This document shows positions 36,892 to 45,467 of a stretch of DNA of 64,000 nucleotides, piece after piece. Each line of letters opens with the position of its first letter. Position 1 is the stretch's first letter. Made by a program: the position numbers and the translations under genes. The stretch covers positions 1,632,001 through 1,696,000 of the forward strand of contig CAWGMQ010000003.1 of assembly GCA_963823665.1 (NCBI GenBank), written 5' to 3'. Source of the stretch: an uncultured Planctomycetota bacterium. GTDB lineage: Bacteria > Planctomycetota > Planctomycetia > Isosphaerales > Isosphaeraceae. The notes beneath the pieces were generated by a model. The model saw nothing but the letters and a program-made list of their open reading frames with translations. It made no database searches and was not told the DNA's origin.

Positions 36892-37209
36892 ATGGCAACG
36901 TGGCAATACGAGCTTGTGGACCCGCCCTTCGAACCTCGGGCTCGCGAACTCTGGCTGCAGCACGCTGCAGGGTTCATCATCTTTCAGGATGTTTGTGACA
37001 AGGCGACGGAATGTGCATGGGCTATCACGGCTGGCTCGAAGGTGATTTTGGCAAACATCCAGTCGCGGTATCGCGACCCAGCGAGGGTGATGGCGAGGCC
37101 CAGCCCTGACGAATCGCCGCGTCAGCCCCGGCCCCCGGCGATGCTTTGTGTTAGATTCGTGGCTGCGCCCGGCCAGCCCCTCGCACGCCGGGCGCGGAAC
37201 GCCGCCTGA
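36892..37209 (+). pseudogene. Mosaic/truncated cassette ORF with embedded attC relic (~37104-37175)
   Basis: MATWQYEL..; CCCTGAC..TGTTAGATT relic inside the 3' part. Confidence 0.45.
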
Positions 37210-37307
37210 CCGGCGAGCCAGCAGACAAGCCAGTCGGCTGGCCGCTGTTCTTTAGTACAATCACGGCTCCGCCCGACGGTCGGTCCGCTAAGCTTTGGTC
37301 GTCAGGC
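37204..37307 (+). repeat. attC site (long type)
   Basis: Complementary cores GCCTGAC/GTCAGGC; TAGTACAAT in the loop. Confidence 0.75.
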
Positions 37308-37320
37308 ACCGAGGAAATCA

Positions 37321-37608
37321 ATGTCTCCAGTCGTCCCCGAAGCGTGGAAGCCGCGGCTGCGGCAGTATCTCCGCCAGCGGCGTGGCGAGGAGCGCGACCG
37401 CCTCTCGGCCGATGATTTCCCACCGGGGCTGTGCGTCCTCATCCGCTTCCCCGATGGTTCCCACGTCCTCTTTCGGTATGCGTTCGCCATCCTGGATGAG
37501 GCGGCCGGCGAGGTCATCGTCTTCACGGAGCACTGCGGGTACCATGTATTTCCGCTCGGTGATGCCGAGGTCGAAGAACTGCAATCGTCGGATTCACGGG
37601 TCCGCTGA
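37321..37608 (+). CDS. Cassette ORF, hypothetical
   Basis: GAGGA RBS; FTEHCGYH motif; attC on both sides. Confidence 0.78.
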   Translation: MSPVVPEAWKPRLRQYLRQRRGEERDRLSADDFPPGLCVLIRFPDGSHVLFRYAFAILDEAAGEVIVFTEHCGYHVFPLGDAEVEELQSSDSRVR

Positions 37609-37609
37609 T

Positions 37610-37669
37610 GTCTAATATTGCGATGCAGCAGACACCGCTGCGCGGGGCCGCTGATCCGCGTTGTTAGCC
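37610..37669 (+). repeat. attC site (short type)
   Basis: GTCTAAT..CAGCAGAC..GGCCGCTGAT..GTTAGCC. Confidence 0.78.
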
Positions 37670-37687
37670 GAGGGGGGAAGGTGGACC

Positions 37688-38126
37688 ATGTCGTTCTCCG
37701 AGAACATGGCCAAGGTCGTGGCCGACCAGCTCGCTCGCTTCGTCACCCTCAACACGCATCAACTCGCTGGCCATGTGGCCAACCTCGACTTCTGGGTCTC
37801 TCAGGCCCGGCACGCCTTGGAGGTCATCGACGGCTACGAGCCACGATTCCGCCAGCTCAAGGCGGCGCAAGATCAGTACGTGGCCGAGCACCGGACCGAG
37901 AACCTTTCTGCCCAGCGACCCTGATATCCACGGGTCACCGGACCCGCCACGGCGTGTCGCACATGCGGCTCTGCGTGAGGCCCGTCGCTCGGTTACGGAG
38001 CCGACTTACCGCTTCCTGGTGCGCTGCTGCAACGACGGTCTGATCGCGGAGTCGAAGTTGCGAGCCATCTGCTTTAACCTGGATACCGGCGTCGAGTCCG
38101 CAGACATTCGTCGAAGACGGGGCTAA
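37688..38126 (+). CDS. Cassette ORF, hypothetical (frameshift ~37900)
   Basis: HQLAGHVANLDFW; stop TAA inside R'' GGCTAAC. Confidence 0.7.
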
Positions 38127-38181
38127 CGTTGCGATCCAGCGGACCCGCCTCGCGGCGGGCCCCGGAACTGGAGCTTCAGGC
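38121..38181 (+). repeat. attC site (short type, mutated R')
   Basis: GGCTAAC..CAGCGGACCCGCC/GGCGGGCC..TTCAGGC. Confidence 0.75.
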
Positions 38182-38189
38182 GGCGCGAA

Positions 38190-38579
38190 ATACACCCTCA
38201 CGAGGCGGCGACAATTCGAGCATTTGTATCTCCGTCGCGTCGAGAGCGATGGCTCGGCCTCCTGGCATCGGCGAAGCGGCGTCGCTCGTTCCTCGGCCGA
38301 CTGAATCACTGCCGAGACATTGATGAACGATATGCCACGCCGGTTCCCTCGAGCGCCAACATCGCCGCAGTGCTCGGTTCTCATGGCGCACCGGAGACTT
38401 GCTACGTCCTCTCCGATATCCCGACGATAGACGGCCGGGAGTTACCCCTCGATGAGGCCATCGATCAGGTCGAGTTGGCCATGTGGGGAACACTCATCAG
38501 TTGCGTTCCCGGTCGCCTCGCGTACTACTATGATGAGTGTGGCGCTCGACGCTGGCTGCTACAGCGATCGACCGTTTGA
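38190..38579 (+). pseudogene. Duplicated cassette ORF copy 1 (start codon reads ATA)
   Basis: Collinear with 39812-40201; about 11 substitutions in 390 nt by hand count. Confidence 0.8.
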
Positions 38580-38672
38580 CCCGGTGCTGCAGCGGACCCG
38601 CACGCCGCGGCGGCTTCTGGTACAATCGACAGCGGCTCGGGCGGGCCGGTCCGCTGAGCTTCGCTCTTGGAA
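38574..38672 (+). repeat. attC site (long type)
   Basis: GTTTGAC..CAGCGGACC/GGTCCGCTGAG; TGGTACAAT in the loop; R' degenerate. Confidence 0.78.
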
Positions 38673-38834
38673 GGTGATAACTATGCATGCGTGGGCGAGG
38701 CGAAACCTCGACGTCACTTACTATGCTCGATGGCTCAATCCGTATGCCCAGCATCGGTGACTTGGTCAAGTCTATCGAGTGTCGTGGGCTGGGCCTTGGG
38801 TCTCCTCGAAGCCGGCGGATTCGAGCTGGGGCGA

Positions 38835-38892
38835 GCCTGACGAGGCGATGCAGCGGGCCCGCTCCGCGGACCGCTAAATTCCGTCGTTAGGT
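38835..38892 (+). repeat. attC site (short type)
   Basis: GCCTGAC..CAGCGGGCCCGC/GCGGACCGCTA..GTTAGGT. Confidence 0.8.
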
Positions 38893-38908
38893 TCAGCGGA
38901 GGTGAGCG

Positions 38909-39313
38909 GTGGCGCGACGCTGGAAGTTGTGGGTGATCGGGATCTCCGTCGCCGCTACCGCCGTCCTCCTGGGGTGGTGGGCGACCGGTAAGGTCCTAGC
39001 TCCTCCCCTGAGACCGGAGAACTTCAACCAATTGCGGACCGGGATGCCCCAGTCCGAAGTAGAAGAGTTGCTCGGCGGTCCGCCCGGCAACTACGGCCAC
39101 GGCGGTGAAGCGATGATGACGGACGAAGGGTTCCGCAGTCCGCCCGGGTCGGTCCAGCGGATCTGGTGCGATGACAAGAACAGGCTCGAGCTGTACTTCG
39201 ACACCCGGGCGCGATTGGTCGGGTACCACAAGCGGGCGGGCTATACCCAGTCCCCGCCCGACGGATTCTTGGCTCGTCCGTGGCAGTCGAGTCGACGATT
39301 CTTGGGGCTCTGA
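38909..39313 (+). CDS. Cassette ORF, membrane-anchored SmpA/OmlA-like domain
   Basis: GGAGGT RBS; TM then F..LR.GM...EVE.LLG.P. Confidence 0.72.
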   Translation: MARRWKLWVIGISVAATAVLLGWWATGKVLAPPLRPENFNQLRTGMPQSEVEELLGGPPGNYGHGGEAMMTDEGFRSPPGSVQRIWCDDKNRLELYFDTRARLVGYHKRAGYTQSPPDGFLARPWQSSRRFLGL

Positions 39314-39348
39314 CCAGAGCGACGTCGGGCCTGACCTTGGCGTTAGCC
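39308..39348 (+). repeat. Internally deleted attC
   Basis: CTCTGAC..GTTAGCC, only 41 bp. Confidence 0.55.
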
Positions 39349-39361
39349 CGCGAGGGCACCG

Positions 39362-39748
39362 GTGAGACGTTCTCGAAAGGATAGCCGACGCCGCATCACC
39401 ATCGATGGCGTGGTCTACCGCTATCGTGTCTCTCCCAACAATGGCTTCATCACACTCACCGCGAAACCGAAAGGTTTCCGCGGGCAATTGCTCTCGGTCA
39501 CCTACGGCTACCACGACGATTGGGTGCCAGTCGGCGGCGGGGCTTTTACCTCAGGCGGTCACCGCCTCATACTGCCGCGTGTGGTGCGCCAGGCGATACT
39601 CGAAGGGCTGCGTCGAGGCTGGGATCCGATGGCATCAAAGCCGGGTGTATTCCGGGTGCATGATGGCGACAGCTTGCCCCAGGAAGACGAATGGCCCCGC
39701 TTCACTTCAGACCGGTCAACCTCGAAGCCATCGGGTGGCGTGCGCTAA
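39362..39748 (+). CDS. Cassette ORF, hypothetical
   Basis: RRITIDG..YRYRV..ILPRVVRQAI..GWDP. Confidence 0.75.
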   Translation: MRRSRKDSRRRITIDGVVYRYRVSPNNGFITLTAKPKGFRGQLLSVTYGYHDDWVPVGGGAFTSGGHRLILPRVVRQAILEGLRRGWDPMASKPGVFRVHDGDSLPQEDEWPRFTSDRSTSKPSGGVR

Positions 39749-39803
39749 AACTGCGGTCTAGCGGACCCGCCTGGCGGCGGGCCCCTGATCTGGGACGTTC
39801 GGC
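39743..39803 (+). repeat. attC site (short type)
   Basis: CGCTAAA..AGCGGACCCGCC/GGCGGGCCCCTGAT..GTTCGGC. Confidence 0.72.
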
Positions 39804-39811
39804 GGCGGAAA

Positions 39812-40201
39812 ATGCACCCTCACGAGGAAGCGACAGTTCGAGCATTTGTATCTCCGTCGCGTCGAGAGCGATGGCTCGGCCTCCTGGCATCGGCGAAGCG
39901 CCGTCGCTCGTTCCTCGGCCGACCGAATCACTGCCGAGACATTGATGAGCGATATACCACGCCGGTTCCCTCGAGCGCCAACATCGCCGCACTGCTCCGT
40001 TCTCATGGCGCACCGGAGACTTGCTACGTCCTCTCCGATATCCCGACGATAGACGGCCGGGAGTTACCCCTCGATGAGGCCATCGATCAGGTCGAGTTGG
40101 CCATGTGGGGAACACTCATCAGTTGCGTACCCGGTCGCCTCGCGTACTACTATGATGAGTGTGGCGCTCGACGCTGGCTGCTACAGCGATCGACCGTTTG
40201 A
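39812..40201 (+). CDS. Duplicated cassette ORF copy 2, hypothetical
   Basis: 129 aa intact, GTLISCVPGRLAYY. Confidence 0.8.
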   Translation: MHPHEEATVRAFVSPSRRERWLGLLASAKRRRSFLGRPNHCRDIDERYTTPVPSSANIAALLRSHGAPETCYVLSDIPTIDGRELPLDEAIDQVELAMWGTLISCVPGRLAYYYDECGARRWLLQRSTV

Positions 40202-40294
40202 CCGTGTGCTCCAGCGGACCCGCCCGCCGCGGCGTTTCTGCTACAATCAAGGTTCCGCCCGGCGGACCGAACCGCTAAGCTTTGGTCGTTAGGT
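40196..40294 (+). repeat. attC site (long type)
   Basis: GTTTGAC..CAGCGGACC..ACCGCTAAG..GTTAGGT; TGCTACAAT in the loop. Confidence 0.8.
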
Positions 40295-40311
40295 GGCAGA
40301 GACTGCAGGCC

Positions 40312-40929
40312 ATGAGTGATCGAATCGGCGTCGCAACGATCTGCTTGCACAGTAGCTCTGCCATCTATTTGATCGCGGGCTTGGCCTTTCTCGGCTATTC
40401 GCGATTGCCAGCTCAGCCAACGAACCTGCCCTCGGAAGCAGGGTTGGTAGGCTGCATTACCTGCCTCACATTGGCTGCGGGCATCGAGCTGGTGGCTCGT
40501 GGCCTCCGGCGCCGAAGGTATTGGGCATGGGTCGCCGGCGTGTGCATCCTCACGCTCTACGTCCCAACTGTGTTCTTGCCCCTCGGGGCCCTAGGGCTCT
40601 GGGCCCTCCTGACGCCAGCAACAAGAGCCTTGTTCGGCGTCGGACCATTGACCTCGATATCCAGGCGTCCCGGATCGGTGTCCATGACAACCGTCGCGTT
40701 CCGCCTGCTCCTTCTAACAATCGCCTTGACCGGCGTCGCGGTCGCTTACGTCCATTTATCGGGCGTAGGCATGCCACCGTATTCGCCAGTGCCGGACCCT
40801 TCCGAACTCGAGCGGATTCACCGTCTCGTGGGCCTCGCCTTATTCGCGGTCGCTGCGCTCTCCGCCGCCTTATCGATCGCGGCTCTAGCCGCCGTTATAT
40901 TGGTCCGATATCGTCGTCGGCCCCCCTGA
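40312..40929 (+). CDS. Cassette ORF, multi-pass membrane protein
   Basis: Several hydrophobic segments; stop inside R''. Confidence 0.7.
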   Translation: MSDRIGVATICLHSSSAIYLIAGLAFLGYSRLPAQPTNLPSEAGLVGCITCLTLAAGIELVARGLRRRRYWAWVAGVCILTLYVPTVFLPLGALGLWALLTPATRALFGVGPLTSISRRPGSVSMTTVAFRLLLLTIALTGVAVAYVHLSGVGMPPYSPVPDPSELERIHRLVGLALFAVAALSAALSIAALAAVILVRYRRRPP

Positions 40930-40984
40930 CCCGGCGATCCAGCGGACACGTCTGTTGCCCGGCCGCTGATCTTTAGCGTTAGCC
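40924..40984 (+). repeat. attC site (short type)
   Basis: CCCTGAC..ATCCAGCGG/CCGCTGAT..GTTAGCC. Confidence 0.82.
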
Positions 40985-40987
40985 GCC

Positions 40988-41385
40988 ATGGGAGAACCCG
41001 TGCAAGGTTCGAGCGCTGTCGAGGTAGTAATTGAGTACTGGCGCCTCATGGGCACCAATGACTTTGCTGCCGTCGGTGCCGTGCTGGCGCCCGAGTTCGT
41101 CCTCGAGTGGCCGCTGTCGCGCGAGCGCATTCGCGGGGCAGAGCGTTTTGCCCGGATGAATGCGGAGTACCCTGCCCATGGCCGTTGGTCCTTCACGGTC
41201 AATCGCTTGGTTGGCGGTCAGTCGGAAGCGGTCTCCGACGTCACGGTCACCGACGGAGTGCAAACCGCAAGGGTCATATCGTTCTTCGAGGTCAGCGGCG
41301 ACAAGATCACGCGGCTGGTCGAGTTCTGGCCCGAGCCGTATGAACCGCCTGCCAATCGGCGCATCTCGTGGAGCGCATGCAATGA
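40988..41385 (+). CDS. SnoaL-like / NTF2 family protein (1-nt loss near 41360)
   Basis: WP.S.ERIRG..EYPA.GRW.F..EFWPEPY; the likely natural stop TGA lies in R'' CAATGAC. Confidence 0.82.
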
Positions 41386-41483
41386 CCCGCGCTGCAGCAG
41401 ATCCGAACCGCCGCCGAGCTTTGTGGTAAGATCGACGCGATGCGAGGCCCGGCCTGCCGGGCCGCTGAGCTCCGGCGTTACGC
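41380..41483 (+). repeat. attC site (long type)
   Basis: CAATGAC..CTGCAGCAG..GCCGCTGAGC..GTTACGC; TGGTAAGAT in the loop. Confidence 0.75.
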
Positions 41484-41498
41484 AGCAGGGTCTGGCTG

Positions 41499-41840
41499 AT
41501 GCAACGGTTCCTGTTTGAATACATCGAGTTGTTCTCCTTCATCGGCGCCGGCACTCCGGAGGAGCCTGGCGGGGACTTCACCATGTACTGCTGGATCTCG
41601 GCGCCGGACAAGGCGGCTGCACTGGCATGGGGGTACGTCCTGATCGGCGACTACTGCAAGGCGCGATACGCGCACTCGGCAGACGGCCATCGGCACGACG
41701 GATCGCCGATCGAGGAGGGAGAGATCGTCGAAGACCCCGGGGTACTTGCTGCTGCCGTGCATTGGGATATTCCTGCATGCCGCGTCGGTGAGGTCCCCGA
41801 ATGGCGCGAGCCGTGGCGGTTATCCAACACCGGGAGATAG
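41499..41840 (+). CDS. Cassette ORF, hypothetical
   Basis: 113 aa, starts 16 nt after R'. Confidence 0.65.
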   Translation: MQRFLFEYIELFSFIGAGTPEEPGGDFTMYCWISAPDKAAALAWGYVLIGDYCKARYAHSADGHRHDGSPIEEGEIVEDPGVLAAAVHWDIPACRVGEVPEWREPWRLSNTGR

Positions 41841-41845
41841 GCCAA

Positions 41846-42235
41846 GTGAAGCGCACGTGGACGATCATTGGGGTAGCCGATGTGGCCGGCAGCTTCAAAT
41901 GGTACCAGTCGCTCTTCGGCCAGCCGGAGATGCGTCCCGCCCATGACGACTTCGGGCAAATCCTCGACTCGGATGGCACGGTCTTGCTCTGCCTTCACGC
42001 GTGGGGTGCCCACGAGCATCCCTCCTTGATGAGCCCCGATCACGGGAAGCCTGGGAATGGCCTCCTCTTGTTCTTCCGTGTAGACGATTTCGACATGGCC
42101 CTGCCAAGGGCACGGGCTCTCGCCTCTCAGCTCGAAGCGGAGCCCCACGTGAACCCGAACACAGGAACCATGGAGTTCTCGCTCCGAGATCCAGACGGGT
42201 ATTATGTCACGATTAGTGCGCTCTCTGCGGCCTGA
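41846..42235 (+). CDS. VOC/glyoxalase family protein
   Basis: VADV..S..WY, LFFRVDDFD, EFSLRDPDGY; followed by half attC GCCTGAC 42230. Confidence 0.85.
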   Translation: MKRTWTIIGVADVAGSFKWYQSLFGQPEMRPAHDDFGQILDSDGTVLLCLHAWGAHEHPSLMSPDHGKPGNGLLLFFRVDDFDMALPRARALASQLEAEPHVNPNTGTMEFSLRDPDGYYVTISALSAA

Positions 42236-42275
42236 CCACTCGCTCAATCGCACCGGCGCATCCTGGTTCATTCAG

Positions 42276-42734
42276 ATGACACAGGTCCGTCCTTCTAGCC
42301 TGCTGCTGTTCACCTTGGCGATATGTGCCGCGGGGTGCCGGAGCGCACCGGACCCGGACCCCCTGCCCCATACCAGTAGCGTTCGAGGTATCAAGGCGAG
42401 GTACTTCGACCCGACGACGAAACAGAAGCTGGAATTCGACGTACCGCGTAGCCATTGGGTTCCGATCATCTCGGCGATGAGGCCGAACCGTTCCGACCCG
42501 CAGCCGGCGGACTGGATGGTCCTCGGCGAACTGCGGATTACCCAGTTGGATGGGAGTCCGTTTTTCGTGGGCATGTATTCCATCCGAAGCGGGGAGGGGG
42601 CGTTCTCGGCGGGCGCGAGCTTCGAGAAGCGGTTATACTACAGGGGCGGGAGTACGCCCGACCTCGTCCGCGCCCTGAACGCCGCCTATGCGCAGTTCAG
42701 CGGCAAGCGAGGCGATGCGACGGATGCGAAATAG
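42276..42734 (+). CDS. Cassette ORF, putative lipoprotein
   Basis: Lipobox AAGC after a hydrophobic stretch. Confidence 0.7.
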   Translation: MTQVRPSSLLLFTLAICAAGCRSAPDPDPLPHTSSVRGIKARYFDPTTKQKLEFDVPRSHWVPIISAMRPNRSDPQPADWMVLGELRITQLDGSPFFVGMYSIRSGEGAFSAGASFEKRLYYRGGSTPDLVRALNAAYAQFSGKRGDATDAK

Positions 42735-42738
42735 CCCA

Positions 42739-42789
42739 GTCTAACGAGACGCTGCAGCCGATCCGCCTGTCGGCGGGCGGTCGTTACCA
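42739..42789 (+). repeat. attC site, shortened
   Basis: GTCTAAC..CTGCAGCCGATCCGCC/GGCGGGCGG..GTTACCA. Confidence 0.7.
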
Positions 42790-42848
42790 GGCAGAGAGAG
42801 ATACGAGGAGCGCACGCAGTAACCCGCGCCACAGATGAGAGGGTTGAG

Positions 42849-43205
42849 ATGGCGAAACACTTGCACAAAGGCGACGAGACACGGCGTCGCTGGAAGATTA
42901 TCGATGCCTCGCGGTCTGGTGACGCGAGCCTGCTGCCGCAGCTCCTCGCCCGCCTCGACGGCGGCGAGACCTACGATAATAGGCGCCATATCGTCCGGGC
43001 ACTCGGCAACATCGGCGGACCGCGATCCGAGGCCAAACTTCTTGAGTTGCTCGGCAGCGAGCGCGGGCTTATCCTCGGTGATATCGCTCGGGCTCTCGGC
43101 GAAATCGGCTGTCATCGAGCCGCCAATCCGCTTGAGAGTTTGCGCACGCACGAATCCGAGTGGGTTCGCCAGAATGTCACATTTGCGCTTCGACGGCTCT
43201 CATAG
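42849..43205 (+). CDS. Cassette ORF, HEAT-repeat protein
   Basis: VRALGNIG, ARALGEIG, WVRQN..FAL. Confidence 0.8.
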   Translation: MAKHLHKGDETRRRWKIIDASRSGDASLLPQLLARLDGGETYDNRRHIVRALGNIGGPRSEAKLLELLGSERGLILGDIARALGEIGCHRAANPLESLRTHESEWVRQNVTFALRRLS

Positions 43206-43208
43206 CAT

Positions 43209-43240
43209 GGCTAACAATGCGATGTCGGAACTTGTCAGGC
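43209..43240 (+). repeat. Internally deleted attC
   Basis: GGCTAAC-AATGCGATG..GTCAGGC, 32 bp. Confidence 0.5.
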
Positions 43241-43302
43241 GTGGACGCGGCCCTCAAGCGCACGCCCAAGGGCCTTACAGGTGAAGGCCCAAACGGGAGC
43301 AG

Positions 43303-43854
43303 TTGATGGCGTTATCCGACGACGACCTCCGGCGTAGTTTCGAGGCCTTCGAGAACCGCAAACGATATCCAGTGCTCGCACCCAGCGTCTTCGCTGGCAT
43401 CGGCGACGAGTCGGTCGAGCAGGCGATCCTCGATTTCGTCGAGATGAAGGTTGGTCGCAACTCGAAGCGCCAGTACAAGATCGTGACGGCGCTCCCATTC
43501 GGCATTCAAGCCGTTTACACAACCTACTTCCTTGATGCCGAGGTCCGCAATGGCGGCTTCAACCAGTACTTCTGGAATTCCACCGGTCAATTTGCAATCG
43601 AGGCCTTGGACGGACTTCGCTTCTTCGGCGCTACTGATCACGCGAGACTCCTCGAGGGCGCAGTTCAGACTTACATGCGAGAGGCACCCATTCTCACGCG
43701 ATTCCGCATGCGCAACACACTCAAGGCTTTCAGCACGTCGTACAAAGCTACCAGTCTCACCGAATTCGACCAACCGTGGTACCGGTTTCCGTCAATTAGC
43801 CCGCTGCGCGTCAGCCGAATTCGCGCCGAGCCAAGCCTCTTCTCCGCAAGATAG
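43303..43854 (+). CDS. DUF4375 (DMP19-like) protein
   Basis: LDAEVRNGGFNQYFWNS motif. Confidence 0.82.
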   Translation: MMALSDDDLRRSFEAFENRKRYPVLAPSVFAGIGDESVEQAILDFVEMKVGRNSKRQYKIVTALPFGIQAVYTTYFLDAEVRNGGFNQYFWNSTGQFAIEALDGLRFFGATDHARLLEGAVQTYMREAPILTRFRMRNTLKAFSTSYKATSLTEFDQPWYRFPSISPLRVSRIRAEPSLFSAR

Positions 43855-43969
43855 CACTGCCCGCGGGCGTACAAAGCGCCGCCGCTAACATGCGGATATG
43901 CTGGAGTCGCGGGTCAAGCTAGTATGGGAGTTGTTCGCGGATGTGCCGCCGGACACCTTGCCCACGGAC

Positions 43970-44022
43970 GGCTAACGAGCCGATCCAGCGGACCCATGGG
44001 CCGCTGATCTGGGGCGCTACGG
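43970..44022 (+). repeat. attC site (short type)
   Basis: GGCTAAC..ATCCAGCGGACCC/GGGCCGCTGAT..GCTACGG. Confidence 0.72.
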
Positions 44023-44038
44023 GCGGGAGGTTCACCCT

Positions 44039-44464
44039 TTGCGGATCACGCTCACTCGCTTCACCTCCGGGCTGCTTCGCGTCCTGCTTACGCCGATCGT
44101 CCTACCGATCAAGTTGTTGAGCGCGGTGACGGGGCGGGGCAAGAAGCCGGCTTATGCGAGCACCATTGCCGGCGATCCGCTCGCGTACTCCGGCGACAGG
44201 CCCGTCCTCATCGCCGTCTGGGCATCATGGGCGGGGGTGTGGCGTGCAGCAACCGAGCAGGTCGTCGAGCAATTGCGCGGCGAGTTCGCCGGCAGTTGCG
44301 AGTTCGCGTATGTCGAGTGCGACAGCAGCACCATCAAAGACGCCTATCGTGCCGATGTCGTGCCGGTCCTGATCTTGCGGCATCGGGGTCACGAGTTGGC
44401 CCGCTTCGTCAACACGCTTGAGGCCGCTAGAGTACGGCAGGCGATCGCAGAAGTTGCCGCCTGA
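44039..44464 (+). CDS. Cassette ORF, thioredoxin-fold protein lacking CxxC
   Basis: PVLIAVWASWAGVW, VVPVLIL..G.E..RF; GGAGG RBS. Confidence 0.7.
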   Translation: MRITLTRFTSGLLRVLLTPIVLPIKLLSAVTGRGKKPAYASTIAGDPLAYSGDRPVLIAVWASWAGVWRAATEQVVEQLRGEFAGSCEFAYVECDSSTIKDAYRADVVPVLILRHRGHELARFVNTLEAARVRQAIAEVAA

Positions 44465-44557
44465 CCTGGCGCCGCACTGGCCCAGGCCCGCCGCGGCGAC
44501 TTTCGCGGTATCACGGCTTTGCTCCGCGGGCCTGGCCGCTGAGCTTGCTTGTTTGAC
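44459..44557 (+). repeat. attC site (long type)
   Basis: GCCTGAC..CCAGGCCCGC/GCGGGCCTGG.CCGCTGAGC..GTTTGAC. Confidence 0.78.
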
Positions 44558-44575
44558 AGCAGCGGGGCGAGTCAC

Positions 44576-45097
44576 ATGCGGATCCGGAAGGCGAGTGAGT
44601 CAGATGCGGAGGCGATCACGGCCGTACACATCGCTTCGATGCGGGAGGCGTATCGTACGCTCGTACCGCCCGAGGCGCTCGCGGGATTCGACGCGCAGGA
44701 CCGGACTCAGCGGTGGCGTGAGGTTCTCGCCGAGGGAACATCGACCACCCTGCTCGCGGAAGCCGGCGGCGAGCCCTTCGGCTTCGCCAGCTTCGGGAGG
44801 TGCCGGGATGAAGACATCTCGCCGGGGGCGGTCGGCGAGGTGATGGCCATCTACGTCCGCCCTGATGCCTGGGGCCAAGGCGTCGGTAGGGCGCTGCTGC
44901 GCGAGGCGCTCGATCGGCTGCGCAGTGACGGATTCGCCGAGGTGTCGCTATGGGTGATCGAGGCGAATCGGCAAGCGATCGAGTTTTACGAGCGGTTCGG
45001 GTTCCTCCGCGATGGCTCGCTTCGCCGCCATGAGATGCTCGGGACTCCTACGGTCATCATTCGGATGCGGTTGCGGTCGGGTATGGATACCGTCTAA
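44576..45097 (+). CDS. GNAT family N-acetyltransferase
   Basis: IYVRPDAWGQGVGRAL, N..AI.FYE..GF; stop inside GTCTAAC. Confidence 0.9.
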   Translation: MRIRKASESDAEAITAVHIASMREAYRTLVPPEALAGFDAQDRTQRWREVLAEGTSTTLLAEAGGEPFGFASFGRCRDEDISPGAVGEVMAIYVRPDAWGQGVGRALLREALDRLRSDGFAEVSLWVIEANRQAIEFYERFGFLRDGSLRRHEMLGTPTVIIRMRLRSGMDTV

Positions 45098-45099
45098 CA

Positions 45100-45467
45100 C
45101 TCTCGGATTGCTGGTTCTACTACTGGTCGTCGCCGCCCCAATAGCCTGGTTCGCCTCGGAGTTCCAGGATCGGCGCTGGCTGTGTCTCGCCTTGGGTACC
45201 TTGACCATCCTGCTCTCCTTCGGCGTCGCGGCCCTGGTCGGATCGCTGGAGCGGTTCAATTCCAACGCCTGGTTCGGTCGCGCCACGAAGGAACTGATCG
45301 ACGCCGCGGTCACTGAACTGGAGGCAGGCAACCCGGCTCGGGTTCTGCGCTCGCTCAAAGACTTGCAGGGGCAATACACGCCCACCTACGAGAACCGAGC
45401 GCGATACGATATGCTGGTGCAGGAAGCGGTGAAGGAGATGCGATCGCCGGAGGGAAAGGCCCACTGA
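45100..45467 (+). pseudogene. Membrane protein cassette lacking its start (fused to the previous R'')
   Basis: Coding-like TM segment begins directly after GTCTAAC; stop inside CACTGAC. Confidence 0.55.

Noticed and set aside
38683..38840. Functional gene between attC 38574 and attC 38835
   Set aside because: Only a 25-codon ORF before a stop; probably a cassette remnant
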